Shown one piece after another: positions 38,890 through 48,475 of a stretch of DNA of 64,000 nucleotides. A program made the position numbers and the translations under genes. The notes beneath the pieces were generated by a model that did no database searches, was not told where the DNA came from, and saw only the letters and a program-made list of their open reading frames with translations. The stretch lies in the NCBI GenBank assembly GCA_018652045.1, contig JABICX010000010.1:68451-132450 (forward strand), in the 5' to 3' direction. Origin of the DNA: Candidatus Woesearchaeota archaeon (GTDB taxonomy: Archaea; Nanobdellota; Nanobdellia; UBA10117; JABICX01). Each line of letters opens with the position of its first letter. The stretch's first letter is position 1.

Positions 38890-39726
38890 ATGATAGGTAA
38901 TCAAATACGTACGGTGATTTTGCTGAGCGCACTTACAGGATTATTGATAGCTATCGGAGCCTACTTCGCAAACATATATTTAGCATTGGTTTTTGCAGTA
39001 CTTATGAATTTTGCGAGTTACTGGTTTTCAGACCGAATCGTACTTATGATGTACCGTGCAAAAGAGGCAGACGTCGGCAAGTATGCACGACTTCATCAAA
39101 TGGTGGCAGAGGTTGCAAGAAAAGCTAAACTTCCTAAGCCACGAGTTTATGTTGTTCCAAGTCCCGCAGCAAATGCTTTTGCAACCGGACGAAATCCAAA
39201 ACACGCTGTCGTCGCAGTCACACAAGGTATTATGGAACTTCTATCAGAACGGGAGTTAAAGGGTGTGATAGCACATGAGTTAGCACATGTAAAAAATCGA
39301 GATATTTTGATCGGAAGTATTGCAGCTACAATCGCAGGAGCAATATCCGTGATTGCATTCATGGCTCGATGGGGTGCGATCTTTGGTGGATTTGGAAGAC
39401 GAGACGGGGGTAATGTTTTAGAGTTACTCGCTTTAGCAATTGTTACACCGATTATTGCTATGATTATTCAGTTAGCAATCTCAAGATCTCGAGAGTTTAT
39501 GGCTGATGAGGATGGCGCGAAGTTTATTGGTGACGGAAAGCCACTTGCATCCGCACTTAAGAAACTTGAGGCTCAGGCAAAGCATCGACCTATGCGGTTT
39601 GGTTCACGAGGTTCTGCACATATGATGATTGTAAACCCGTTATCTAGTGGAGCTTTTGTTAAGATGTTCTCTACACACCCAGCGGTAGAAGATCGAGTTA
39701 AACGTTTGGAAAAAATTAAATACTAA
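38890..39726 (+). CDS. htpX: HtpX-type M48 zinc metalloprotease
   Basis: HELAHVKNRD (HExxH) plus 4 TM segments. 278 aa. Confidence 0.88.
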   Translation: MIGNQIRTVILLSALTGLLIAIGAYFANIYLALVFAVLMNFASYWFSDRIVLMMYRAKEADVGKYARLHQMVAEVARKAKLPKPRVYVVPSPAANAFATGRNPKHAVVAVTQGIMELLSERELKGVIAHELAHVKNRDILIGSIAATIAGAISVIAFMARWGAIFGGFGRRDGGNVLELLALAIVTPIIAMIIQLAISRSREFMADEDGAKFIGDGKPLASALKKLEAQAKHRPMRFGSRGSAHMMIVNPLSSGAFVKMFSTHPAVEDRVKRLEKIKY

Positions 39727-39743
39727 TACTTCTAAGTTCTTTC

Positions 39744-39944
39744 ATGGACCGAAAATATGTTGGTTTAATCGTTGGAATAATGACAGTCGCAGTCGCAGTT
39801 ATGAGTTTTAATTCATATCTGTCAGTAACAAGTGCTAGTGGAGCTGCTGTTTTAGGTGGTGCTACAGGGAGTCTAGCTGTAGCGATGGTATCATTAGTAA
39901 TCGCATGCGCTTTGTTTGCAAAACATTTTGGATTGATTAAGTAG
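39744..39944 (+). CDS. small membrane protein
   Basis: 66 aa, two hydrophobic helices, Gly/Ala-rich. Confidence 0.4.
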   Translation: MDRKYVGLIVGIMTVAVAVMSFNSYLSVTSASGAAVLGGATGSLAVAMVSLVIACALFAKHFGLIK

Positions 39945-39974
39945 CTTTAAATACCCTAATTTGATGTTTCTTTT

Positions 39975-40661
39975 ATGGCACTGAAGTCCAAGTTTTGTGC
40001 GAAATGTGGTTTGGAGAAAGATAGGCTAGTTGGAAATCTTTGTTCAGAGTGCTTTTTTGATTTACATGAGATAAAGATACCTAAGACTACAGAGTTTGCA
40101 CTCTGTTCAAAGTGTGGATCTATTCGAGTGGAGCATTTTTGGGTTGCTGTAGAAAAACAGAATCGAGATGTCTTTTCAGATCAAGTTAAAAAAGCGATTA
40201 AAGTGCCTGACGAGATTAAAGTTATTAAAGTGGATCTTATTAAGATAAAACCTGATGGTTTAATCGAAGTTACATATGATTTACAGGGAACAATTATTTC
40301 TAAGGAATATAGATGTGCACTTAGAGTCAATAAACAAGTATGTCCGCCGTGTAAAATAGAGGCACGTACGGATTATAAAGCAAAACTTCAGCTACGGACT
40401 AAAGAAGATCCGCAGAAGTTTCTGAAGGATTGTTATGATTTTTTATCAGCATATAAGAAGCGGTTACTTAAGATTGAAGAGTTTAAAATGGGTGTCGATG
40501 CACATCTACGTAGTAGAAAAGATGCATTGGAACTGGCGCAAGATTTTAAGCAAAAGCATAAGTTTGAGTGTCATATGCGTGAGACTCGCGAAGAGTACAG
40601 CTGGGATCGTAAAAAGAACAAACCTAAGTACAAATCGACGATCTTACTGACAAAGAAGTAG
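39975..40661 (+). CDS. NMD3-like zinc-ribbon protein (short archaeal form)
   Basis: N-terminal CAKCG...CSECF...CSKCG pattern as in NMD3 family proteins, plus a later CPPC. 228 aa. Confidence 0.45.
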   Translation: MALKSKFCAKCGLEKDRLVGNLCSECFFDLHEIKIPKTTEFALCSKCGSIRVEHFWVAVEKQNRDVFSDQVKKAIKVPDEIKVIKVDLIKIKPDGLIEVTYDLQGTIISKEYRCALRVNKQVCPPCKIEARTDYKAKLQLRTKEDPQKFLKDCYDFLSAYKKRLLKIEEFKMGVDAHLRSRKDALELAQDFKQKHKFECHMRETREEYSWDRKKNKPKYKSTILLTKK

Positions 40662-40671
40662 GCTTTTAAAC
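40662..40671 (+). promoter_or_regulatory. TATA-like box upstream of aIF1A
   Basis: GCTTTTAAAC, 21-30 nt upstream of ATG 40692. The identical 10-mer occurs at 54671. Confidence 0.5.
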
Positions 40672-40691
40672 CCAGATTTTTAGTATTTATT

Positions 40692-41063
40692 ATGGAGCGA
40701 AAGAAGAAATTCAAGAAGCAAGGAAGACACGCTTATCAAAAGAAAAAGGCTTTTGGAGAAGAAGGAGAGGTATTAAGAGTTAAAACTCCAAAGGGTCGAG
40801 AGGTGTTAGGTGTTGTTGACATTCGTTTAGGTATGGGCAAATCTAGAATAAAATGTTTTGATAGTAAAGAACGGATTTGTAAGGTACCTGGAGCAAAGAA
40901 ACGTAGGCTTTGGGTTCGTTCCGGAGACACCGTCATTGTTGAGCCATGGGAGTTTGGTGGAGATGAGAAAGGTAACATCGTCTATAAGTACCGTCCTGTT
41001 GAAGTTGCGTGGTTAAGGAAAAAAGGTTTACTCAAAGAGATTGAGGATATTGAGGAGTTCTAA
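40692..41063 (+). CDS. eif1a: translation initiation factor aIF1A
   Basis: S1/OB core GEVLRVKTPKGREVLGVVDIRLGMGKSRIKCFDSKERICKVPGAKKRRLWVRSGDTVIVEPWEF. Confidence 0.88.
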   Translation: MERKKKFKKQGRHAYQKKKAFGEEGEVLRVKTPKGREVLGVVDIRLGMGKSRIKCFDSKERICKVPGAKKRRLWVRSGDTVIVEPWEFGGDEKGNIVYKYRPVEVAWLRKKGLLKEIEDIEEF

Positions 41064-41567
41064 ATGCAAGAAACCGTATTGATCCCCAAGGATCGGATAG
41101 CAGTTTTAATTGGTAAGAAGGGTGAAGATCGTAGGGCTATTGAGAAGCTCGGTAAGGTTAAGCTGTGGATTGATTCTAACACAAATGAAGTTACAATCAA
41201 CAGTTCTAAGGTTGATAATATATTCTTTGCAAAAAAGGTTGTTATGTTAGTTGGAAGAGGATTTTCACCTAGCTCTGCAGCGAAGGTTTTTAATGATAAA
41301 TATTGTGCTGAACTGATTGATATGCGTGATTACGGTGCAAAAGAAAGAAAGCAACGTGAGCGCATGGTTGGAAGAGTTATCGGTACAAAAGGAAAGACAA
41401 AAGCGATAATCGAAAAAGAATCGAATACAGAAGTTATTGTTTATGGTAAGACTGTAGGTATTTTAGGGCAACCTGAAGATGTTGATCGTGCAAGGCGCGC
41501 TTTAGAAAGTATTTTAGAAGGGTCTAAGTCTGCAACTGCCTTCAGAATTTTGAAAGGAACTGAGTAG
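41064..41567 (+). CDS. KH-domain RNA-binding protein (Dim2/Pno1-like)
   Basis: Two KH-like GxxG contexts (IGKKGEDRRAIE and IGTKGKTKAIIE). Follows aIF1A directly, as is common in archaea. Confidence 0.8.
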   Translation: MQETVLIPKDRIAVLIGKKGEDRRAIEKLGKVKLWIDSNTNEVTINSSKVDNIFFAKKVVMLVGRGFSPSSAAKVFNDKYCAELIDMRDYGAKERKQRERMVGRVIGTKGKTKAIIEKESNTEVIVYGKTVGILGQPEDVDRARRALESILEGSKSATAFRILKGTE

Positions 41568-41671
41568 ATACACGCTAAGATTGGTATCTAATGATATTTT
41601 GATAGCGAACACACTTAAATCTGCAAGATCATCCAAAAGCTTTTTAATCTAGAGTACTATTCTATTACATA

Positions 41672-43456
41672 ATGGCCAATTCTAAAGCAGCTAAAACTGA
41701 TGTTCAGACACATAAGCAAGTTTCAGTAGCTGAGTTCTTTGAGAAAAACAGACACCTACTTGGTTTTAACAACCCCGCAAAATCTTTGTTGACTTCAGTA
41801 AAGGAAGCTGTTGATAATTCGTTAGACGCGTGTGAAGAAAATGGTATTCTACCAAGTATCACAATACAACTTTCTGAGATTAAGGCAGGTAGATTTAAGA
41901 TGATTGTTGAAGATAATGGTCCGGGAATTCCTAAAAAACATCTGTTGAGCGCTTTTGGTAAATTACTTTATGGTTCTAAGTTTCAGACAAATGGTGGAAA
42001 ACAGGGTCGTGGACAGCAAGGAATTGGTATATCTTCAGTTATTCTATATGGTCAGCTTACAACGGGAAAGCCAGCTGTTCTGATATCAAAGACAAAAAAG
42101 GACGATCAGGCTCACATGTATGTAATGCATATTGATGTTAAGAAGAACGAACCAGAGATTGTTTCTGACGAACCATTTGATTGGTCAGACAAACCTTGTG
42201 GAATTCGTGTTGCGGTTGAGATGGAAGCAAAGTATGTTGAGCATAAACAATCTGTATTAGAGTATATTAAACAGACTGCTATTGTTAATCCTCACGCAGA
42301 GATAACCTATATCTCTCCATCAGGAGACCGATTAGATTTCCCACGAGTTACAGATAAGTTACCTGTTAAGTCAAGATTAATTAAACCACATCCAAAGGGT
42401 GTTGAACTTGGTGTATTCAAAAGAATGCTTAAAGCAACCTCTGCGAGAACTATTAAATCATTTTTTACAAAGGAATTCGATAAAGTTGGAGGTGGAACAG
42501 CTAACGAGATCATTACGATCGCAAATAGCTCAATTGAAGACGGAAATAAGACGCTTCCTGAAGCGAAAAGACTAAAGCTTATTGACGGAAAGTTTTCACC
42601 AAAGTATATTACGCCAGATCAGGTTGAGGCATTGTTATTGGGAATGCAAAACGCAAAGGTTTCAAGACCAAGCCTTGATTGTCTCTCTCCAATCGGTGGT
42701 GGACTTCTACGTAAATCTTTAGAGAGTGAGTTTGATCTAGACTTTGTTCATACTATCACACGATCAGCAACAGTTTACCGAGGTAATCCTTTCCAAATCG
42801 AAGTTGGAATTGGTTATGGTGGTGAGTTAGACGTAGATGGTGCGATTAAGTTGATTCGATTCGCAAATAAAGTTCCATTACTTTACCAAGAAGGAGCTTG
42901 CGCATTAACACAATCAATCAAAAAGAACAATTGGAAACCATATGGTCTTTCACAGAGTTCAGGTTCGTTCCCAACCGGACCCGCAGTTATTGTTATTCAT
43001 ATGGCATCTGTTTGGGTTCCGTTTACATCAGAATCAAAAGAGGCAGTTTCAGGTTATCCTGAGATCACGAAAGAAGTTAAGTTAGCGATCCAGGAATGTG
43101 CTCGAAGCTTGCAAAGATTTATTGGTCGAAAGAGACGGTCTGAGATTGAAGCTAAGAAGCGAGAAATCTTTAAGGCGTATTCTAAGGAGGTTGCACAGGC
43201 AGTAACATCTCTTAACGAAGCTGACGCTTACAAATTAACAAAAGATCAAATCGAGAAAAAGTCGTTAGATACATTAAAGAAACTAAATAAGATCGCAGAA
43301 TCTATGTATTCAACTGGAGCAGATATCGAAGCGCTTGAAGAGACCGTAGAAGTACTTGAAGAACAAGAAGAAAAAGCAGCAAAGCAAGAAGTTGAAGAAA
43401 AACAATTAGAATCTGAACGCGAAGAGGAAGAAGAACTAATGGAGGAAGAAAAATAG
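41672..43456 (+). CDS. top6B: DNA topoisomerase VI subunit B
   Basis: GHKL/Bergerat motifs EAVDNSLDA, DNGPGIP and GRGQQGIGIS. Glu-rich C-terminal tail. Confidence 0.92.
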   Translation: MANSKAAKTDVQTHKQVSVAEFFEKNRHLLGFNNPAKSLLTSVKEAVDNSLDACEENGILPSITIQLSEIKAGRFKMIVEDNGPGIPKKHLLSAFGKLLYGSKFQTNGGKQGRGQQGIGISSVILYGQLTTGKPAVLISKTKKDDQAHMYVMHIDVKKNEPEIVSDEPFDWSDKPCGIRVAVEMEAKYVEHKQSVLEYIKQTAIVNPHAEITYISPSGDRLDFPRVTDKLPVKSRLIKPHPKGVELGVFKRMLKATSARTIKSFFTKEFDKVGGGTANEIITIANSSIEDGNKTLPEAKRLKLIDGKFSPKYITPDQVEALLLGMQNAKVSRPSLDCLSPIGGGLLRKSLESEFDLDFVHTITRSATVYRGNPFQIEVGIGYGGELDVDGAIKLIRFANKVPLLYQEGACALTQSIKKNNWKPYGLSQSSGSFPTGPAVIVIHMASVWVPFTSESKEAVSGYPEITKEVKLAIQECARSLQRFIGRKRRSEIEAKKREIFKAYSKEVAQAVTSLNEADAYKLTKDQIEKKSLDTLKKLNKIAESMYSTGADIEALEETVEVLEEQEEKAAKQEVEEKQLESEREEEEELMEEEK

Positions 43457-43457
43457 A

Positions 43458-44567
43458 ATGGCAGAACTAACTAAAAAAGAAATCGTAAAAAGATTGCACG
43501 ATTTGGGAGTTGACCTAAAGAAAAATGTCGATGATCTAAAAGACCCACATATTACAATTCCTTTGCGAACGCTTGCGAACGCTTACTTTGATAAGAAAGA
43601 TCGGATGATTAAACTTGGTGAGCGAACACAGACTCGAACTTTCTTCAATGTTGGGCAGTCTAAAAAGTTCATGCAGACTGCGTTGGTTGCTTCACAGATT
43701 AAGCAACTTTTAGAGCAAGATAAGCCAGCAATTTCAACAAGACAGTTGTATTATATTCTAAAGCACTCCATTGAGGGCACAAAGGAAAACACATTTGATG
43801 ATCAGGCAACTGAGTCCGACCCAGTTATCGAAGATGTTGAGGTTACAATCAATGCGCTTCGAGAACAACTCGGATTAGAAGCGACACCTAGTGGCGTTAT
43901 CTCAGGTCCGCTAAAATATGAAGATCTAAAGACAGATGATATAATTGACTGTTCAAAAATGGGATCCGCAGGTGCAGCAATCCCACCAAATACTGAACCA
44001 CATGTTGTAAAGTTTAAAGAATGTAAGGCAGACTTTATACTTGTTGTAGAGAAGTTTGCAGTGTGGAATCTTCTAAATCAATCAAAGTTCTGGAAGAAAC
44101 ACAATTGTATCTTAATGACGGGTAAGGGTCAGGCAGCAAGATCTGATCGAAGATTAGTTTCAAGACTTGCAAAAGAATACAAAATTCCAGTATATGTTTT
44201 TGCAGATAATGATGCTTATGGATATTATATCTACTCAGTTTACAAACAAGGAAGTATTAACTTAGCTTTCTTCTCAGAAAAAGCAGCTTGCCCAGATGCA
44301 AAGTTCATTGGACTAAAAACCGGCGACATAAAAAAGTTTGATATCGCAAAGTCCAACTGGATCAAGTTAGAAGGTCACGATCTAAAACGACTTAAGGAAA
44401 TCTCAAAGTACGAGTGGTTCCAGAGTAAAGAATGGCAGGCAGAACTACAGGCCATGAAAGACTTTGGCTACAAAGTAGAGTCTGATGCATTAGTTAGTAA
44501 GTCTATTGAGTTCATGGCAGATACCTATCTACCACGAGTCATCAAGGAAAAGAACTGGTTAGATTAA
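43458..44567 (+). CDS. top6A: DNA topoisomerase VI subunit A (Spo11-like)
   Basis: Catalytic Tyr context STRQLYYIL. TOPRIM region ILVVEK...FADNDAYG. Confidence 0.92.
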   Translation: MAELTKKEIVKRLHDLGVDLKKNVDDLKDPHITIPLRTLANAYFDKKDRMIKLGERTQTRTFFNVGQSKKFMQTALVASQIKQLLEQDKPAISTRQLYYILKHSIEGTKENTFDDQATESDPVIEDVEVTINALREQLGLEATPSGVISGPLKYEDLKTDDIIDCSKMGSAGAAIPPNTEPHVVKFKECKADFILVVEKFAVWNLLNQSKFWKKHNCILMTGKGQAARSDRRLVSRLAKEYKIPVYVFADNDAYGYYIYSVYKQGSINLAFFSEKAACPDAKFIGLKTGDIKKFDIAKSNWIKLEGHDLKRLKEISKYEWFQSKEWQAELQAMKDFGYKVESDALVSKSIEFMADTYLPRVIKEKNWLD

Positions 44568-44568
44568 G

Positions 44569-44961
44569 TTATTCTTTATTTTGTATGTATTTTCGCATAA
44601 TACAGGTACGTGCGTGATACGTACAAGCTTTGCACTCCGTGAACTCTTCAAAGTCTTGTGGATATACGTCAACATAATCATCTTCCATACGCGTGCAGTT
44701 AACAAATTCATCTGATAAGAATAGTCTTGTTTCACTTCCATCTGGATTTTTGTGATTTATTGAAAAGCATATAATGTCAAGTAGTCCACTTGAAATGTAT
44801 GGCTTTACTTCTGGCCAATTTATGACGCGAGCTTCACCATCTAAGGGCATACTTTCTAACCCAGGTATGTTAATTTTATGTGGCGCAAGATCGATTTTAT
44901 CTCGAGATCTTATGATTTTACTTACAAGTTCTACAGCTTTCATAACTTCTTTATCAGTCAT
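44569..44961 (-). CDS. hypothetical protein with C-terminal C-x20-C-x2-C-x6-C motif (paralog of the upstream gene)
   Basis: 130 aa, ends ...NCTRMEDDYVDVYPQDFEEFTECKACTYHARTCIMRKY. 4-nt overlap with 44958-45326. Confidence 0.5.
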   Translation of the reverse strand: MTDKEVMKAVELVSKIIRSRDKIDLAPHKINIPGLESMPLDGEARVINWPEVKPYISSGLLDIICFSINHKNPDGSETRLFLSDEFVNCTRMEDDYVDVYPQDFEEFTECKACTYHARTCIMRKYIQNKE

Positions 44962-45326
44962 CTACGAGCTCCCTGTAGTCGTTCATATAATCGAAATACA
45001 CAAGATGCTTCAACATATTCACATTTACCACAATTATCTGGATAGTATTCTCTTTCACAAGCACTTTCTCGGATTATACCCTCTTGATCTACTTTGAGCG
45101 AAGTCTTGCTATCATCTTTGTTTTTTCTTATAATATTCACATTAAATTTGTAAATGCCGCCAGATTCTAGCATCTGGAGTACAATTGGAGTTCTATCAGG
45201 TGCTACAGTTATATCTGGAACTCTCCAAGCAAGCGTTTTTGCTTCTGTAATTTTAGTATCGTCATCTAGGTGTACATTATCTAGTAGTTTTTGTAAATCC
45301 TTATTTGTCATTAGTCTGTACCTCAT
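44958..45326 (-). CDS. hypothetical protein with C-terminal C-x9-C-x2-C-x6-C motif
   Basis: 122 aa, ends ...ACEREYYPDNCGKCEYVEASCVFRLYE. A TATA-like box (ATATAAAAGG on the - strand) lies about 25-30 nt upstream. Confidence 0.5.
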   Translation of the reverse strand: MRYRLMTNKDLQKLLDNVHLDDDTKITEAKTLAWRVPDITVAPDRTPIVLQMLESGGIYKFNVNIIRKNKDDSKTSLKVDQEGIIRESACEREYYPDNCGKCEYVEASCVFRLYERLQGARR

Positions 45327-45429
45327 TATAGGTTATTATCTAGGAGTGACAAGGACCTTTTATATTCTTATCTAAGAAAAGACGTAAAAAATACGATAAA
45401 TTTATAAATATACAGGAAATATCCTTGTT

Positions 45430-45900
45430 GTGGAATATAGGCTAGATGATCGGGATCGAAAGATCATTATGATTTTACAAGAAAACGCTAGAGAGAGCTT
45501 AACATCAATATCACGTAGGATTGGATTATCTGTAGATGCAGTACATCAGCGAATTAAGAAAATGACAAAAGTTAAGGTTTTTGCACAAAGTATCTTAGTA
45601 AATCCTGTAGGCATTGGCTATCCACTTATGGTTGATATAAAGATAAAGATAAAAGATGCTTCAGAAAAAGATGTTACTTCGTTTATATCTTATCTTAAAT
45701 CGCACCCTCGAGTTGTTGAATTAATTCAGATAATGGGTGATTGGGATTTTACATGTGTATTGTTAGCAAAAGACGCTAATGATCTTGCTGAAGTTACAAA
45801 TGAAATCCGTTATAAGTTCAATAAGTTCATTGCTGACTGGCGAGCTATGATCTTACTTAAGCACCATAAGTTTGAGAAATATGATATGACTAAGTTATGA
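45430..45900 (+). CDS. lrp: Lrp/AsnC-family transcriptional regulator
   Basis: LDDRDRKIIMILQENARESLTSISRRIGLSVDAVHQRIKKM (HTH_AsnC) plus a RAM domain. GTG start. Confidence 0.85.
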   Translation: MEYRLDDRDRKIIMILQENARESLTSISRRIGLSVDAVHQRIKKMTKVKVFAQSILVNPVGIGYPLMVDIKIKIKDASEKDVTSFISYLKSHPRVVELIQIMGDWDFTCVLLAKDANDLAEVTNEIRYKFNKFIADWRAMILLKHHKFEKYDMTKL

Positions 45901-46643
45901 AAGTTGATTTTAAGACGAGATTTTGGGAGATTGATTCGTTAAGAGGCATAGCGATTATTGTGATGATTATATTTCACGCAATTACTGTTTTATCTTACTT
46001 TAATGTAATTGATATCGATAATAATCATTTATTATTGCGAGGTACTATATTTGTTTTTGCTAGGTTGTTTCTTTTATTAGTCGGTATATCTTTGACACTA
46101 AGCTACGCAAGATTAGAAGACTGGAATCGAAAGAAGATATTCTTAAAATACCTAAAGCGTGGATTGATTATCTTTTCAGGAGGACTTGCAATTACGTTAG
46201 TAAGTTGGTTTTTTATCAGAAAAGATTTCATAATCTTTGGCGTACTTCATCTGATTGGATTCGCAATCATCTTTGCAATACCAGTTCTTAAGAAGAAATT
46301 CTTGAACTTGTTATTGGCGGTGTTCTTTACACTTGGCGGGTTTTATGTTAATCGTCTAACAGTAGATACTTCTTGGTTGATCTGGCTTGGTGCATCTCCG
46401 GCAAACTTTACTACGGTTGATTATTTTCCAGTTTTCCCTTGGTTTGGTGTAGTGCTTTTAGGTATTTTTATAGGTAACATGCTCTACAAAGACTACTCGA
46501 GAACCTTTAAAATCAAAGACCTATCTAGTAACCATGTAGTTCGCTTGCTATCCTTTTTAGGCCGCCATTCATTGATGTTATATCTAATACATCAGCCAAT
46601 AATCATAATTGTGCTTGTTAGTTTAGGGTATATTACACTCTAG
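45897..46643 (+). CDS. DUF1624 / heparan-alpha-glucosaminide N-acetyltransferase-like membrane protein
   Basis: Begins ...W(E)IDSLRGIAIIVMIIFH, typical of DUF1624 acyltransferase-like proteins. Polytopic. Confidence 0.55.
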   Translation: MKVDFKTRFWEIDSLRGIAIIVMIIFHAITVLSYFNVIDIDNNHLLLRGTIFVFARLFLLLVGISLTLSYARLEDWNRKKIFLKYLKRGLIIFSGGLAITLVSWFFIRKDFIIFGVLHLIGFAIIFAIPVLKKKFLNLLLAVFFTLGGFYVNRLTVDTSWLIWLGASPANFTTVDYFPVFPWFGVVLLGIFIGNMLYKDYSRTFKIKDLSSNHVVRLLSFLGRHSLMLYLIHQPIIIIVLVSLGYITL

Positions 46644-46680
46644 AAATCCTTAAAATGGGTGTTATCTCGGTATAGTAGGC

Positions 46681-47793
46681 ATGTCGTTTGACTTTTTAGG
46701 CTCAGAACAGACTATCTTCTCTAATCCGAATGCTTTGGACCCAGATTTTATTCCTAAGCTTTTGCCACATCGAGAGGAACAGCAAAACTACGTAGCTTCG
46801 GCGATTAAACCGCTTTTTCACGAACGCAATGGTAAAAATGTACTGGTCTGGGGTGCGCCCGGTATCGGAAAAACCGCAGCTTCAAAACGAGTTCTTAAGG
46901 ATCTGGATGAAGTTGATTCAGATAAAAAAATTAATCAGGTTTTCATTAACTGTTGGAAGTTCAACACAACGTATAAGATTCTCTGCGAAGTTTCACGTCA
47001 GTTTGGGTATCCGTTTACACAGACTATGCGTACAAATGAGGTTATGGAAAAAGTTGCAGAAAAGGTAGAGAAGTTCGACGGTGTTGTGTTCGTGTTCGAC
47101 GAGATTGATAAGGCAGAGGATTACAATTTCCTTTACTTCATCTTGGAAGAGTTTCCACGTAGAACGATCATTTTGATAACTAATGAAAAAGACTGGGGTG
47201 TAGATGTTGACGATCGGATTCGGTCTCGATTGATACCCGAGACCCTTGAGTTTAAACCATATACTCCAAGAGAGGTGTTTAATATTCTTGCTGAGCGTAA
47301 GAAGTATGCTTTTTATGAGAACACTTGGGATTCGAAAGCATTCGCTGAGTTAGCTGAAAAAGCCGCAGAGTACGAAGATATTCGTGTTGGTATTAAGCTG
47401 ATGAAGGTGGCTGGAGAGATTGCTGAAAATGAGTCCACTGCGAAGGTGGTTGTAGCGCATGTTTCTGAAGCAATAGCGCGTATTGATGAGTTTAAGATAA
47501 AAAGTTCTGCAGATTTGACTGACGAAGACAAGTTTATACTATCTCTTTGTGAGAAGCATAATGGCCAACGGTTTGGTGTTGTATACGGCGCATACGAAAA
47601 CACTGGTGGAGTTAAATCTAAGAAGACATTTAGGCGTAAACTTGAGAGATTGCAGCTTAGAAAACTTATAACTTTAGAGACTGGTGGTATAGGACTTACT
47701 GGAAGGTCAACGATTATACATCATATTGGGCTAAAGAAGCGCAATAATATCATCAAAGAGAAGACAGAGCATAAGGCTCTAGATGAGTTCTAA
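46681..47793 (+). CDS. orc1: Orc1/Cdc6 replication initiator
   Basis: Walker A WGAPGIGKTA. Walker B VFVFDEIDK. C-terminal winged-helix region. 370 aa. Confidence 0.88.
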   Translation: MSFDFLGSEQTIFSNPNALDPDFIPKLLPHREEQQNYVASAIKPLFHERNGKNVLVWGAPGIGKTAASKRVLKDLDEVDSDKKINQVFINCWKFNTTYKILCEVSRQFGYPFTQTMRTNEVMEKVAEKVEKFDGVVFVFDEIDKAEDYNFLYFILEEFPRRTIILITNEKDWGVDVDDRIRSRLIPETLEFKPYTPREVFNILAERKKYAFYENTWDSKAFAELAEKAAEYEDIRVGIKLMKVAGEIAENESTAKVVVAHVSEAIARIDEFKIKSSADLTDEDKFILSLCEKHNGQRFGVVYGAYENTGGVKSKKTFRRKLERLQLRKLITLETGGIGLTGRSTIIHHIGLKKRNNIIKEKTEHKALDEF

Positions 47794-47889
47794 TTGGAAG
47801 TTGTTTTGTCCCTAAAATCGTTAGTTATCAGACTAGTAGACACTGGACAGTTCTATATGTCTCTTATATAGATCATCACATATACATAG

Positions 47890-48147
47890 TTGATTCAAAT
47901 GAGATTTCCAAACATCCTTCAAAAAAAGATCAATGACATCGGTTACTGGGTTGAACTTAGCGACGACACTGGAGAGGTAAATGTAAACGACGTTTTCGGA
48001 TTGACAACGATTGATAGAGTTAGAAAAGAGGTTGAGAAAGCGTATAAACAAGATGCGAATAACCTTGACCCTAAGAAAGTCAGTGTGATCTTTAGCCAAG
48101 TTCTTCAAAGCTTAGATAGCTGGAAGAATGTAAGACTAAGTGCATAA
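47890..48147 (+). CDS. small hypothetical protein
   Basis: 85 aa. Looks more protein-like than the overlapping antisense ORF 47833-48108. No motif recognised. Confidence 0.3.
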   Translation: MIQMRFPNILQKKINDIGYWVELSDDTGEVNVNDVFGLTTIDRVRKEVEKAYKQDANNLDPKKVSVIFSQVLQSLDSWKNVRLSA

Positions 48148-48195
48148 TCGCCTACTTCTGCGCCTTTGGGCTCTGAGAAGAGCCCTCCACCACCT

Positions 48196-48390
48196 TTATT
48201 TCTTAATCCAGAAGTGATAGATAGGTACGGCAGCAAAGATTGCTGTTAAAATTAAGTAAGTTTCCCAACCATAGTCATGTACTTGGGGTACCCAATACAT
48301 AAATGCTAAGGCAAAGAAAAATGCTGATAGTTTTATCAGTCCAACGTCCCACCATTTTAGTTTCTGCATTCTAGCGTTTAAATCTAGCAT
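48196..48390 (-). CDS. small two-TM membrane protein
   Basis: 64 aa, Trp/Tyr-rich, two hydrophobic helices. Confidence 0.4.
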   Translation of the reverse strand: MLDLNARMQKLKWWDVGLIKLSAFFFALAFMYWVPQVHDYGWETYLILTAIFAAVPIYHFWIKK

Positions 48391-48442
48391 ATCTTAATTA
48401 ATCATTCGGGATATAAAAAGATTGAGGGCTGCTCAATGAGAA

Positions 48443-48452
48443 CTTTTATAAA
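48443..48452 (+). promoter_or_regulatory. TATA-like box upstream of tRNA-Asn
   Basis: CTTTTATAAA, 24-33 nt upstream of 48476. Confidence 0.5.
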
Positions 48453-48475
48453 ATCAAGTTAAACCTTACTTGTAT

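Noticed and set aside
46644-47900. A search for origin (ORB / mini-ORB) repeats around orc1/cdc6, including the hairpin TCTATAT-N7-ATATAGA at about 47852-47872.
   Set aside because: The upstream spacer is only 37 nt. The downstream region shows a single short hairpin, more likely a terminator-like element, and no repeated ORB-type motif. The origin cannot be placed from this window.
47833-48108. 91-aa - strand ORF overlapping the 47890-48147 + strand ORF.
   Set aside because: The translation looks like an antisense shadow (Phe/Leu/Ile/Ser/Cys-rich). The + strand product is more balanced. Neither is strongly supported.
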